64,000 nucleotides of DNA, taken from Octopus sinensis (taxonomy: Eukaryota). Below the pieces are notes generated by a model, which was given only the letters and a program-made list of their open reading frames with translations, ran no database searches and was not told the origin of the DNA. The number at the start of each line of letters is the position of its first letter. Within the stretch, counting starts at the first letter, position 1. Below, piece by piece: positions 11,451 through 25,573 of the stretch. The stretch lies in assembly GCF_006345805.1 (NCBI RefSeq), contig NC_043001.1:120156001-120220000 (forward strand), written 5' to 3'. Position numbers and translations under genes: made by a program.

Positions 11451-12040
11451 TATTTTGAAAATTTTCATCAAAATTTTCAAAACCCTTTTCAAAAATTTCG
11501 ATGAAAATTTTCAGAAAAATTTTCAAAAACTTTGATGAAAATATTCAAAAGCTTTTTCAAAAATTTTTGATGATAATTCTCTGAAAATTTTCAAGAATTT
11601 TGATGAAAATTCTCAGAAAATTTTCAAAAATTTTGATGAAAATTTTTAGAAAATTTTCAAAAATCTGAAAATTTGAAAAAAATTTTTCAAAAATTTTGAT
11701 GAAAATTTTCAAAAAACTTTCCAAAATTTTGATGAAAATTTTCAAAACACTTTTCAAACATTTTGATGAAAATTGACAAGAAACTTTTCAATAGTTTTGA
11801 TGAAAATTTTCAGTAAAATTTTCAAAAATGTTCATTAAAATTTTCAAAAAACTTTTCAAAAAACTTTTCAAAAATATTGATGAAAATTTTCAAAAATTTT
11901 GATGAAACTTTCCCAAAAACTTTTTTAAAATTTTCATAAAAATTTCCAAAAACTTTTCAAAAGTTTTGATGAAAATTTTCAAGAAACTTTTCATGATGAA
12001 AATTTGTGAAAAGTTTTTTGTAAATTTTCATCAAAACCTT
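11451..12040. repeat. AT-rich satellite built from TTTTGATGAAAATTTTCAAAAA-like units containing the palindrome TGAAAATTTTCA
   Basis: Read directly; first and last units are in reverse orientation (TTTTCATCAAAA). Confidence 0.88.
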
Positions 12041-12044
12041 GAAG

Positions 12045-12310
12045 TCGAAAAAATCGACTCCAGGACTTATTTCTGAAGCCTAGAACTTTTATTCTATAGT
12101 TACGTTTGCCGCACCGCTAGGTTACGGGGACGTAGATACACCAACACAAATACACAGATAGATACATGCATACATACACGCGCACACACACATGTATATA
12201 TATATACACACACGATGAGCTTCTTTCAGTTTCCATCTACGAAATCCACTGACAAGGTTTTGTTCTGCCTGAGGCTATATCAGAAGACACTTGCCCAAGA
12301 TGTCACACAG
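12045..12310 (-). mobile_element. SINE (family A, partial)
   Basis: Reverse complement of the family A body at 41441-41860. Confidence 0.75.
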
Positions 12311-13171
12311 CTATGCCTGTGTAATATATATTGTAATTACGATAAAAACAAAAAATGAATCAATTGCAAGCTCGCATGAACATGAAATCAAACAATAGCA
12401 ATATTCTATAACAGTATTTATATCTCATATTTATATCTTAGAAGAGACCTATTAAAGCAATTACGAAGAATTTTATTGATATAAGATGATGCTAAAACCA
12501 TCAAATGTATACAGCTAACATAGCTTAACAGAGCTAGATAAGTGAGTTTTATTTTATTTTCTTTTGGCAAATTACAAACTTATATCTCCACAAACACAAA
12601 TATGATTATAAATGTATATATATTTATATATATACATCAATTATATATATATATCAATTTATAATTTATTGATTTGATATAAGATAAGGTATGTACGATA
12701 TTACATATAGGCAAAATCAGCTATCTTTCTCAGTAAAAAATACTTGAAATAACCAACGTTATATTTCCATACAATGACAGTGTCGGTTTAGTTGAGATGA
12801 ACGGATCCTGTTAAGTTGTACTGGTGCAAACGGTCGCCGTAAATATTTTGTTACTTTACCTTCTCTTTGATAAAAAGTATAATCTGAAACCTCAGATTGA
12901 CTTCTATTTCCTTCACCGACGAATATATTTTAACTGTGCACATTTTTCCATTGTTTTATTTCCTAGGTATTTTCTATGCATAATTCTGCGACATTTTTCG
13001 CTTCCTTGACTTCATATATTATTGGTTTTCTCCTCTTAGCCTTGCCTGCCTCTTTATCTTACCCTTTGTTTTCGGTGTGACTTTTATCTACATACATATG
13101 CCTATACACACACACGCGCGCGCACACACACACACACTCATTCACAAGTATGGATATATATATATTTATAT

Positions 13172-13312
13172 ATAGGGAGAGTTTACGAAAAAAAACAAAA
13201 GACGAAGACAGGTGGTGTACAAGACAAACAGATGTATTAGTATAACGCTCAGGAATAGAAAAAGTCTTTTACGTTTCGAGCCTACGCTCTTCTACAGAAA
13301 AAACAAAGAGAG
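13172..13312 (-). mobile_element. Family E repeat, copy 2, with hammerhead-like fold 13265-13301
   Basis: Near-identical to 3039-3170. Confidence 0.7.
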
Positions 13313-13342
13313 AATATATACATATATACATATATATATATT

Positions 13343-15840
13343 TGTATTGTATTGGCATCCTTTCTGTCTCGGGAGACAATGGAGTTGCGCATGTTTTTTT
13401 TTTTGTTTTTTTTTGTAGTCTAGTCCGGCTTTTATATTTCATGTCCTGATACATTTCCTGCTGTGGCTGTGTAGTCCTATCCTGGACAAACCCTCCCTCT
13501 GGCAGGTACCGAAAATGTAGCGAAGACTGTTCCTGGCTGGTTGTAGTGCCATAGTCTCTTGTTTACGTCTCTTCCTTTCTTTTCATTTCTCCTCTCTCTC
13601 TGTCACTCCTTTGTATTCCCTCTTTTACTGTACGTCGCCATTCTCCACGGTTGCCGGCAACTGCCTCCCAACCGCTAATATTGATGTTGCAGGCCTTCAT
13701 ATCCCTTTTGCAAACATCCCTGTAACGTAAGATCGGTCTACCCACAGACCTAGTACCCCTAGCAAGCTCTCCGTAGAGTATGTCCTTGGGAATTCTGCCA
13801 TCTTTCATACGGCTAACATGCCCAAGCCATCTCATACGTCTTTGTGTGAGGAGTGCAAACATGCTTGGTATTCCTGCTTGCCTGAGGACATCTTTGTTGG
13901 GGATATGATTCTGCCATTTGATGCGGAGGATTTTTCGGAGGCAGCGCAGGTGAAATATGTTTAGGCGACGCTCTTGGCGTGTGTATAGCGTCCAGGTCTC
14001 GCTTCCATACAGTAGAGTGCTGAGTACACATGCCTGGTAGATCTTCATTTTCGTGGTCTTGGTCAGCTTATTGTTGTCCCAAGCCCGTTTGGAGAGCTGG
14101 GCCATCGCAGTAGCTGCCTTGCCAATGCGTATATTGAGCTCAGCGTCAAGGGATAGGTTGTAGGTGATGGTAGAGCCCAGATAGGTAAACTTCTCCACCT
14201 CTTGTAATCTGTGGTCTCCAATATGTATGTTTGGGATGTCCGATGTAGCCTGGCCCATGATGTTGGTCTTCTTAAGGCTGATAGCTAAGCCAAAGTCGTT
14301 ACATGCTTGCTCAAAACAGTTAATGAGCCTTTGGAGGGCTTCTTCTGTGTGTTACCAGAGCGGCATCATCAGCAAATAACATCTCCTTGATCAGGACGTT
14401 TCTGATTTTGGTCTTGGCACGCAGGCGCGAGAGATTGAATAGTTTCCTGTCACTTCTACTGTGCAGAAACACTCCATCATCTGATGTCTGAAAGGCATGT
14501 GAAAGTAAGAGTGAGAAGAAGATGCCAAACAGTGTAGGAGCAAGGACACAGCCTTGCTTTACCCCGTTTTTTATTTGGAAGGCGGCTGATGTTGAACCGT
14601 TATGCTGTATGGTGCCTTGCATGTCATCATGGAAAGACTTGATGATCCTCAGCAGCTTTGGTGGACATCCGATTTTTTGGAGCAGGAGGAAGAGGCCTGT
14701 TCTGCTTACCGAGTCAAAAGCCTTTGCTAGATCAATGAAGGCCATATATAATGGCATTTTCTGCTCTCTGGACTTCTCCTGAAGTTGGCGTATGGAGAAT
14801 ATCATATCGATAGTTGATCTGCTTCTTCTAAAGCCACACTGCGATTCCGGATAGATTCGAGAAGCAAGTAGTTGTAGCCTGGCCAGGATAACGCGGGCAA
14901 AGGTCTTTCCAACAGTGCTTAGAAGGGATATACCACGGTAATTGTTACAATCACCACGGTCACCTTTGTTTTTGTAAAGCGTAATGATGTTGGCATCCTG
15001 CATATCCTGAGGGACTGTACCCTCTTCCCAGCACTGACACAGAAGCTCATGAAGGTGCCGAAGCAGGATGGTATTTTTGCCGGCTTTGATGATCTCTGAG
15101 GGGATGCCGTCTTTTCCCGGAGCCTTATTTCTTGCTAGGGAGTCAACAGCCTTGGTGAGCTCTGCTATAGATGGCGGACTGTCAAGTTCGCACATGACTG
15201 GCAAGATCTTGACACTCTCGACTGCAGCCTCAGCCACTGTGGTCTCCTGTGAGTAGAGATCCTGGTAGTGCTCCACCCATCTATCCATTTGCTTGCCTTG
15301 ATCCCTGATGAGATCTCCAGTAGTTGATTTCAGAGGGGCTGACTGGTTGCGGATGGACCGAGGGCCTTCTTCAAACCGGCATACATCCCACGGGTGTCGC
15401 CCCTGTCAGCAGCTGACTGGATACTCTGACAGATTTCCTGCCAATACCTATTTGCACAGCGTCTGGCTGTCAGTTGGTTTTATTTCGTGCCTTTCTGAGT
15501 TCTTCGAGTGACTTTGTAGAAGAGTCACTCTTGTATTGCACCAGAGCTGCACGCTTTGCTTCGATAACTGGCTCCAGCTCTGAGAGCCCAGCATTGAACC
15601 AATCTGGGTTTTGCCTTTCTCTCATGCCGAAAGTATCCAATGATATCGTATACAAGGCTTCCCTGATATAGTCCCACCTACTTTCAGCAGAGGAGGTTGG
15701 GCAGCTACTGAGGGCAACCTTGATAAAAGCAGCAAAACATTTTCGCTGTGTAGGGTCCGAGGTTCTGGCGGTGTTGATGCGTGGTCGGCCCACTTTCTTG
15801 GAGCGATGGACTTTTTTAGGCAGAATCCTCACCCTGCTTC
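13343..15840 (-). mobile_element. RTE-clade (BovB-like) LINE, 5'-truncated, few frameshifts
   Basis: ORFs 15470-15955, 14320-15288, 13563-14258; KAPGKDGI, NYRGISLLS, PESQCGFR, FIDLAKAFDSV, GVKQGCVLAPTLF, MLFADDAAL, LLYGSETW, RWLGHV; C-terminal GTCQREGLSRIGLHSHSRKC; RTE-type 3' end GAGACAGAAAGGATGCCAATAC. Confidence 0.95.
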
Positions 15841-16005
15841 TATATATATATACATATATATTTATGTACGTATGTGTATATAAATATATATTTATGTATT
15901 TATATATATATATATGTGTGTGTGTGTGCTTAATTTCAAGTACACACACATACACTCATATATATGTGTATATATATATATATATACATACATATATATA
16001 TATGC

Positions 16006-16058
<53 letters not shown>

Positions 16059-16306
16059 TAAGCTTAAAGCTAAAGGCGATCACTGTGCAATGACTAAGGG
16101 AAATAGTCTAATAAAGGGGCATATAAGCCCTCGACAGAAAAAGAAGGCTTTCCTATCCATGTGGGAGTCGAACACACATTCCTTTGTTAACGCAACTAAG
16201 TGTGTTACCTTTACATCAGCGAATCAGCGTCCCTTTTCTTGTCAAATTTAAGAACTATCATAATTCATGTTTGTGTTTTTTTTATATGTAAACTAACTTT
16301 CTATAT

Positions 16307-16639
16307 GCTTTCGGTGCGAGTGCTTTTTTTTTATAAGACGCCGTTTTTACAATCCTGTAATTAATAATAATGATATTTTTATATAAACTTAAAGCTTGTG
16401 GCTGGTGTAAGGTATCACACTTACTCATGTTAAGAATGGGATGTGGGTTCGACTCCCACACGGATAAGAAATCCTTCTTTTTATACCGAGGGCTTACATG
16501 CCCCTTTATTAGGCTATCTTCCTTAGTCATTGCACAAAGATTGCCATAAGCTTTAAGCTTATATAAAAATAGCATTATTATTATTTACAGGATTGTAAAA
16601 ACGGCGCCGTATAAAAAAAGAACAATTCGCACCGGAAGC
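16307..16639 (+). mobile_element. Element with ~90-bp terminal inverted repeats enclosing a tRNA-like (Pol III A/B box) core; inverted partial copy at 16055-16222
   Basis: 16307-16396 is the reverse complement of 16549-16639; core contains TGGCTGGTGTAAGG and GTGGGTTCGACTCCCAC. Confidence 0.7.
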
Positions 16640-16666
16640 ACACACACACATATATATATATATATA

Positions 16667-16731
<65 letters not shown>

Positions 16732-16752
16732 GTGTGTGTGTGTATATATATA

Positions 16753-16785
<33 letters not shown>

Positions 16786-17262
16786 AGTATATATATATAT
16801 AATATATATATATATACTTGTATATATATTGTATATGATTCTATGATGCATAATAAATATGTTTTTCCCCTTCAGATTTAGCTTATTAAAAGAAAATATC
16901 TATGTATTTTACGTGAAACCTATATTGGTTTTTATGAAATAAAATGAAATACAAATGTTATTAAAATATGTGTTATTTCAATCAATACAACACACTATAA
17001 CACCTTTGGAATCAATAAAAGCAAAGATATTCTAGGATATGTTGGACACTAATAAAAATAAGATTATTACTATGTTTTAGAGGTCTGAGACACTATGGCG
17101 GCGATGAGACAATAGTGATCAGTGCAGATTGATTGAAGATGCTCGAATTCTCCAGAGCATGGGACTGTTTTGAAATGGTAAGTTGTTACTGACCAGTCAG
17201 ACCAGACAGTTATTCACACATGTATTTTATAAAACGACTATGCACACACGCATTCACACATT

Positions 17263-17293
<31 letters not shown>

Positions 17294-17564
17294 ACACGCA
17301 CACAGACTCACGCATGTGTTTTATATTTGAAAGTGTGCATGTGAAAGCGTGGGGCATCTGTGCGCGTGCGTGTAGTCTGTCTTATTGATTGATTTGTACT
17401 TTCATATTGCACCACGAAATACAATTATGTTTGAAAGTCAAACTTGACTGTAATAATCCTTTCTACTATAAGCTCATGGCGGGACATTCTTGGGGGAGGG
17501 GCCAGTCGATTAGATCGACTCGGGTAAGCAACTGGTACTTTATTTATCGACCCCGAAAAGATGC

Positions 17565-17608
<44 letters not shown>

Positions 17609-17640
17609 GGGGAGAGTGAGATACATACATACATGCAAGG

Positions 17641-17849
17641 TTTAAAATTTGGGCACAAGGCCAGCAATTTTTGGGAAGTGTGTAAGTCGATTACATCGAC
17701 TCCAGTGCTAACTGGTGCTTATTTTATCGATCTCGAAAAGATGAAAGGCAAAGTCGCTCTCGGTGGAATTTGATCTCAGAGCGTGAAAGACGGATGAAAT
17801 GTCGCTAAGCATTTTACCCGGCGTGCTAACGATTCTGCCGTCTTGCCGC
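17641..17849 (-). mobile_element. SINE (family B)
   Basis: Reverse complement matches the other family B copies end to end. Confidence 0.8.
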
Positions 17850-19700
17850 ATTTATATATACATACATATTGTTACCTCTTTATGTCGAAATCTACTGAGC
17901 TGTTTGTATTGTTCATCGAATGTTTTCTACATAGAGCTGATGCGTGTGATAACTGACTCCAGTTCCCAATCTGATCACGGTGTATGTCGTCGTAATCTAC
18001 GTAAAGTTTACTGGTTTAATTTAAATTCTTGATTGCTTCTACTATCTTCTCTGAGAATGTACTTTTTTCTATTTATCCCCAAAAGACAATCATTTACTTC
18101 TTTTTGGGTGGGGGGGCGGAGGACGTTTATATTAAAGGCAAAAGTTCTAGAGTATTGTAATCTTTAGATGAAAAAATTAATAGTCCGCTTCGCAAACGCC
18201 GAGTTTTAAGCATTTACTAGAAGGATAAACCACAAATATACCTACTAAATATACCTACTAAATTCTTAATCAGAAAAAGAGATAGCGATGTTTCTAAACT
18301 TCTGTGCTGTTATAGAAAATATTGTTTGTGCCATACATGTGGTGTAGTTATCATCCAAAGCATCAGCGGCTACCTAAAGTGCCTGCAAAGTACTAGTACA
18401 TCATAAGGCATGACATATTCCTCAATCCTTAGACTACAACGGTCACATAAAAGGTCATCCACAATGTATTCACAGCTTTAAAAATAAGGAATACTGGTGG
18501 AATATTTCTATAATGAACCAATCTAGCTTTCTGATATGGATACATACAACTGGGCCAAATTCACTTACTGTAATATATTTAGTTCGGTACTTTGTTCTCC
18601 CATTTTAGTCTTGTCGGCCAGTCTTGACTGAGGAAATTTTAGTTTGTCTACTTTCTTTCTTCGTCTCGACAGAAAAGAGAGAATGTGTCTTCCATATCAT
18701 GACCAAACCAAGCTGTCCTATATATTAGTCAATGACCCCCAAACAGCAGAATAATCCTTCATCAGTGACAGCAGCTTAATCTCATTTCGCCGACAAATTC
18801 TGCCCAAATTGTTTGACGTCTCTTCTTCCTCACAGTATGATATGGAATTTATTCCACTGTCTGAATAATTTGCATTATTATTGAATAGCATAGACCATTA
18901 CTTTGTTCTTTGCATCCTACTGTTTTATCACAAAAAATTACTGTGAAGAATTTGTTTAATCCTTCTAATTTTACTTTCTCTTGGTTTTTTATTGAATACA
19001 TTGTACGTAATAGAAAAATAAAGAAATACCTCTATTTATCGGCGAAAGAATATGCGTAGTTATTGGAAACTTACTTTGGAGCACTATGGGAAATATTTTT
19101 TAACTTCCTTTGCGTTTCTTTCCACTAAATATATTTGCGGAAAATTCAACCAATTTCGAACTCCCGAGAAACTAATTACTATTCAGTCTAAGTCCCATTG
19201 GATTCTTTCCCATCTACAAACTGTTAAAACAGGACTTTTACATACCTATACAGAAGTTATGTTTTAGATATTTTATACATATATAAGAAAGTTATATCAT
19301 TGGATAACTCTTCTGATGGCGGATACACTAAGAAATCTATTCTTGAAATTAACGAAAAGTGGTGATGTAAGAGATTGCAAACCAGGTTAGAAGCATTTCA
19401 TTGTTAGGTTAATATTCCAACTGTGTAGTTGTCCCGCTGGAGATCAAATCAATAAGTACCAATCATGAGAGGGGATCACTCCAATCGGCTTATGTCCAAT
19501 ATTTGCATGTTTACGTGTGTGTCAATGTAAAAATGCCATTATCAAAGTCGAAAAAAGAAAATGCTCTGTTAGTGTAGTTCTCTGAAGAAAGCTGACAATT
19601 CTTCGAGGCTTGAATTAATTTCCACTGGAAGTTTCTATCGTTGTGAGAGAAGCTATGAACCAGGCAGCTTTACTTGTTGATTTCTGGTTCCATACGTTCA

Positions 19701-20832
19701 GTTAGTTAGTTAATTTGGCTCAAAAGCAAATAGCAAGGCCATGTAGGGGGACATGGAGTTAAGTACAGGGTGGTGTTCATGTAAAGAGTTCAGGCCACTT
19801 GAGGTCCAGGGAGGCTTTGAACAAAGCGGTCGTCGGCATCTTTACCATCTCGTCTGGCAGCTTGTTCCACGGATCCGCAACCCGGACGGAGAAAGCTCCT
19901 CTCCTTCGATTGAGATGAAATCGTCGCAGGTAGAGCTTTTCGGAATGACCCCGCAGCCGACGCTCCGGAGCAGGAGTGAAGAACAGCTCTTTCGAGAGGT
20001 TACACTTCCCGCTTATGATGTTGTGGGCGAGAATGAGATCACCACGGCGGCGGCGTTTTTCAAGAGAATAAAGGTCGAGCGTCCTCAGCCTTTCTTCGTA
20101 GGACAAATTTTTGAGACCATGAACCATGCGGATAGCCAGCTTCTGGACTCTTTCGAGATGCTGTATATCTTTGAGGAGATAAGGAGAAGAGGCTTGAATC
20201 CCATACTCCAATATGGGGCTCACCAGCGTGACATAGAGTGGTAGGAATATGGCTGCTGTGAGCATTCCGAATGACCGTCGAATCAAGAACAGAATTCCGC
20301 GTGCTTTGTTGGCAGCATGGACGCACTGGGCCGAAGGCGAAAAGGAGGAATCCACCAAGATACCTAGGTCCTTTACCTGATCGGTTCTCTCCAGCAGCAG
20401 ACGACCCGGCTCGAAATCAAGTTGAGTTGCAGGAGTAGAGCCGACAGGCAGATGACAGCACTTTGACACGTTCAGACACAGGTCCCAATCGTTAGACCAC
20501 TTCCAAATTTGGTGGAGGCATCGACGAAGATCCTCTATATTACCGCGAGGAGCGACCAGTTTGATATCGTCGGCAAATAGAAGGGTGTGTTGCGTGAGGT
20601 CGTCGGGCAAGTCATTTATGAAGACTAAGAACAACAAGGGCCCAAGCACTGAACCTTGAGGCACGCCACTGCTCGCACTGGAGACGTCGGACCGCGAACC
20701 ATTAACTTGGACTTGGAAGGAGCGATCTGAGAGGAAGGCACCAACCCATCGTACAATATCCGGATGGAAACTATATGCTTGAAGCTTGACAAGTAATAGG
20801 CGGTGGTTTACCGAGTCAAAAGCTTTGGCAAG
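19701..20832 (-). mobile_element. Young CR1-like LINE (second family), 5'-truncated RT C-terminal half
   Basis: Open frame KAFDSVNH...SGVPQGSVLGPLLF...LFADDIKL...ERVQK; (TAAC)n tail; near-identical to 37208-38645. Confidence 0.95.
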
Positions 20833-21290
20833 CTTTTGTGTGTCATATACACACAAACAATGTATACACGCGTACACACACGTACACACAAGTACGCACA
20901 CGTACACACGTACACACACGCAGACACAATTATTTAGGACAATATTTTACAGATAGCAGACTCGGTATAGTATTTCCAATGCTGTTGAGAAATACATTTG
21001 AATTAATTAGCTATCATTGTTTTTATATAGGGAAAGGTGAGGTGGGGAGGGAGAAATTGTTAGTGAAACAAACGGAAGCAAAAAGATCAATAGATGAAAG
21101 AAATGTATGTAGACGTTGTTGGTAGGAATAGCAAGAGAGAGGAGCTGCTGGAAAGGAAGTGAGAGTAATAAGAGAACAAAGTGTACCCTGAGGTAGCAGT
21201 GGAAACAAAGAATGATGGTGAGGGTAGGAGGTGAACATGGGAAATTTGTTACATTGTTTAAAGTAGCAGTTTAAGTTTATGAATTATATC

Positions 21291-21523
21291 TGTTTCTTTA
21301 TTAACCACAAGGAGCTAAACATAGAGGGGACAAACAAGGACAGACAAACGGATTAAGTCGATTACATCGACCCCAATGCGTAACTGGTACTTGTTTAATC
21401 GACTCCGAAAGGATGAAAGGCAAAGTCGACCTCGGTAGAATTTGAACTCAGAACGTAACGGCAGACGAAATACCGCTACGCATTTCGCCCGGCTTGCTAA
21501 CGATTCTGCCAGCTCGCCGCCTT
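21291..21523 (-). mobile_element. SINE (family B) with 23-bp target-site duplication
   Basis: AGTTTAAGTTTATGAATTATATC at both 21268-21290 and 21524-21546. Confidence 0.9.
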
Positions 21524-21733
21524 AGTTTAAGTTTATGAATTATATCAATCACATGCGGATATTATTTAAGTAAATAAATTTAATTCGTGACCAGTAAATC
21601 ATAGAGGACAGGTATCTAGTTGTACTGAACAGCTAAGCACACATTTTTGCAATGCATTACTTGATATATTACTTGAATTATATATCTTGGTATCAACATT
21701 TTAAATCCTTGCATCCGGTCTTATTAATATATT

Positions 21734-22085
21734 ACTCTTTTACTCTTTTATTTGTTTCAGTCATTTGACTGCGGCTATGCTGGAGCACCGCCTATAGTCG
21801 AACAAATCGACCCCAGGACTCAATCTTTGTAAGCCTAGTACTTATTCTATCGGTCTATTTCGCTGAACTGCCAAATTACGGGGACTTCAACGCACCAGCA
21901 TCGGTTGTCGAGCGATGTTGGGGGGGAGGCAAACACAGACACACAAACATACACACACCCACACACACGCACACACGCACACATATATAAATATACATAT
22001 ACGACCGGCTTCTTTCAGTTTCCGTCTACCAAATCCACTCACAAGACTTTGGTCGGCCCGAGTCTATAGTAGAAGACACTTGCCG
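21734..22085 (-). mobile_element. SINE (family A)
   Basis: Reverse complement of 41441-41860, including the internal (CA)n. Confidence 0.8.
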
Positions 22086-24594
22086 ACAATTCACACGATC
22101 CGATTTTTTCCCCTAAAAAAATGGATATTCTTCCCAACCACACGCTTCCAGGTTCAGTCCCACCTCATGGCACCTTGAGCAAGTGGTTTTTCCGAGTCCT
22201 CTCTCCTCCGTCTCCCGTTCGCCAGCGCGCATTTTCTTTGCTCGGGTCAAACACTGGAGCTTGACCTGTGCGGCCACACTGATTCTGGACACAAATCGAT
22301 ATGACCTCCTCCATCACAGGGATATGGGATCATTATCATCATTTCCACTCATTCAAACCACTTCGTGTGCCATGCACATCTCTGTCTATGTCCACCTATA
22401 TAGCAGGTACTCCATTTATGATAAGAACTAAGAGATCTGGTAAGAAGGGATTTATGTAAGAAGGTAATTATGTATGTCATTATAACCTACGCATGGTCAC
22501 ATTGTCGGTGACTAAACCAACAGGCGCACAAAACATGCTCAGAAAGTGTGGTAATTAATGGATACCCAACGGGACAAAGAACAATTCCTTTCAAGAAGTG
22601 CAGGTGAACTCAGAAGAGTCCAATGGTCATTTAGTACCGGCCATGAGTGGAAATACGTCACAGCGTGTTTATAGGCCAACCACTGCATTGGCTTTAAAAT
22701 TTTATATATCTTGGTCTCTCTTTTCCTATGTGCACAACAGTGACCGAGAGTACGCCGCTAGTAATTGTAAATGCTATTAACATTTCAAAATCCTTCAATT
22801 CAATTTTCTGAAATAATGTCAAATGAATACTGGATCGATCATACACAAACAACCCTCTTCTAACCAAGGTTAACATCACTTTGAAGTTAATAATACTCTA
22901 TTAACCCTATTAACCTCTTATTTAATTATTAACTTCATCAATAAATACATTATTGGCTCGCATAAATACCACATAATTAACTCTGAATCTGAAAATACCT
23001 AATAAACTTTTCATGTAATTAGTTATTAAATGGCTTCTACATAATTAAATATTTGAATAGTAACCTATGAATCTATTATAATGGTGTATAATATTAATAA
23101 GAACGAAAGTAACATACATTCTTCAGGGTAATTAACGTCCACCTGCTACATGGTAAATTTTTACTTTATTTTTATTAATCACTTTGCATATTCCCAACAG
23201 AAAGCAAACACAATATCTAAAACACCATTTTTCTCACCAGTTTTTCAGATGCATAATAAATAGTCCTCCGTTGATGAGAATTCAATTGTTCCTTCAACTA
23301 CATTAAAACGTAAATAGCTGAGTATTCCACTGTCATATGTGTACCCTAAGTGTAATCCTCCGACAGAATCAGTGTTACACAACGTGAGATACAATTCACC
23401 TACCAGGCTTCTACATAGTTTTCGTTTTCTTATTTTCACTCGCAAGGCTTAGATCGACTCAACTCTATTGTAAAAGACACAAGTCCAACAAGTCACACAT
23501 GGTTCTGAACCCGGAGTCTCTCAACTGCGAATCAAACATCTTAACACTTCGGACTCGGTATAGATAATCCAGCCATAGGGTAGATTTATATGTTGAGAGA
23601 GTTGTGCGGTTCCTTTCTGATTTGTACGTTCATCTATCCCCCGTTATCACTGATTCATGATAACACGCTATGCTTATTGTAAACTGCGTTATGTCTTGTT
23701 ATGAATTGTTCTGCGAAAACACAGATCAGCAATCAGGCAACGATTATACTTAGATCAAAACTGCGCGTCCCAGCAACCATTCACAATGCCCAAAACAATT
23801 TGGGATTTCGGAACACGATCTAATCTTCTCATAAGTACATATCTCAAATTCATACGGATAAACAAAATGATATTAATGTTATTAAATACATGTATTAATT
23901 GGTATATCAAATCATATCTGCAAGGATAAGAATTAATGAGCATTATTAATTATTATAGACATAAATATATAATATTGTCTTTCTTCCTTACTTTATATAT
24001 ATAATTAGTCATCTTGACTTAATTATTTTCACACAAAGGTCTTAATTACATATCTTTATACGTAGATAAAATGGCGTTAGAAACTTGAAGCATTGAAAAT
24101 GTTTTTTTCCCCGTGAATATTTACAAAAAAAAAAAAAGAAATTAACTCTCCGATCACAAAGTTCTAGGTCTGTCTTTAACTTTCTATAATGAATATTGTA
24201 TTAAAAATTAAGCAAACACTCCTAATTAGACTTGTAAAACTACTTCTATAACCTGGAATGCTGTTCAACAAAAAAGTATGTCATAATTAGAGAGAATGGG
24301 ACCATTCTTCCGACTGCTCTTCCTTCTACTCCTCTACTTTCCTTAGTTTTCTTTTTCTATGACCTGTTCTTCGTTTATTGATCGTTGTGCTTATGATCAT
24401 TCTTCTAGCACCTGTTTTTACTGCCTTTCTTTATAAATACAAAGAATATTTAATTAATTATTGTTTACAATTATGTAGACAAAGCTAGTATATTCGTAAA
24501 ATATTGTTCTGAAAAATAAATATGTTCTAATCCCAAATGCATAGAGTTCACTTTTTATTGTAATTATAATTGTGGATCCTGAAATCGTATAACA

Positions 24595-24684
<90 letters not shown>

Positions 24685-24787
24685 GCATGTATATATGTAT
24701 GTATGTATGTATACACACAAACATATATATATACATATACACACACATATATATATACATATGGGGAGGGTGTATGTACGTATAAAT

Positions 24788-25178
24788 CTTCTATTTGATA
24801 CTTGTTTCAGTTATAAAACTGCGGCCATGCTGGGGTACCGGCTTGGTGAGTTTTTAGTCGAATGAAGCGACACCGGGTACTTATTATTTTCTAAAACATA
24901 GTATTTATTCCATCGGTCGCTTTAGCCGAACCGCTAATTTGGTGTAAAAACACCAACACCGGTTGTCAAGCACACACACACACACACACACACACATACG
25001 CACACACACACATACGCGCGCGCGCGTGTGTGTGTGTACAGACACGACGGTCTTCCTTGAGTTTCGCCTATTAAATCCACTCACAAGTTTTTGGTCAGCC
25101 CGGGGCTATACCAGAAGACTGAACCTGGAACCACGTGGTTGGGGAGTGAGCTTCTTACCCAACAGCCACGCTTGCACC
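24788..25178 (-). mobile_element. SINE (family A)
   Basis: Same modules as 41441-41860. Confidence 0.75.
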
Positions 25179-25541
25179 TTAAATAACATGTATAGAATAT
25201 GAAAAGTGTATCAGGAGGGAATGTCTGTGATCTGGTCACTGATATTTAAGAGCGCGGAATATGCATTCACTATAAAAGAGATATGAATGTGCATTCGTCT
25301 ATATTATTACAGGAGCGATTCATTGAACGCTGCAGTCATGCTGAGACAGAGATTTCAAGATTTTTGTCCTGCATATTAACACCGGTAGTTACTTCAAACT
25401 GGCACGTATCTTTTTCTCAAATTGTATTTGTCGAAACGTTATTATTGGGTTTCGGACATAAAAGGATCAACTTAAATAAAATCTGTTTTTAGAGTAGTGT
25501 ACACGCACAAAAATATACTCATGTATGTTTGTATACCTATG

Positions 25542-25573
<32 letters not shown>

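Noticed and set aside
11322-12040. CRISPR-like array, or the same for 28991-29120 and 57961-58225
   Set aside because: Tandem repeats without unique spacers, in a eukaryotic context
19575-19630. CTGAAGA AAGC..GCTT GAAT as hammerhead (also CTGANGA hits at ~3573, 4821, 18760, 23131, 32074, 48022, 61620)
   Set aside because: No GAAA/UH in register or no stem I; expected chance 7-mers or parts of coding TE sequence
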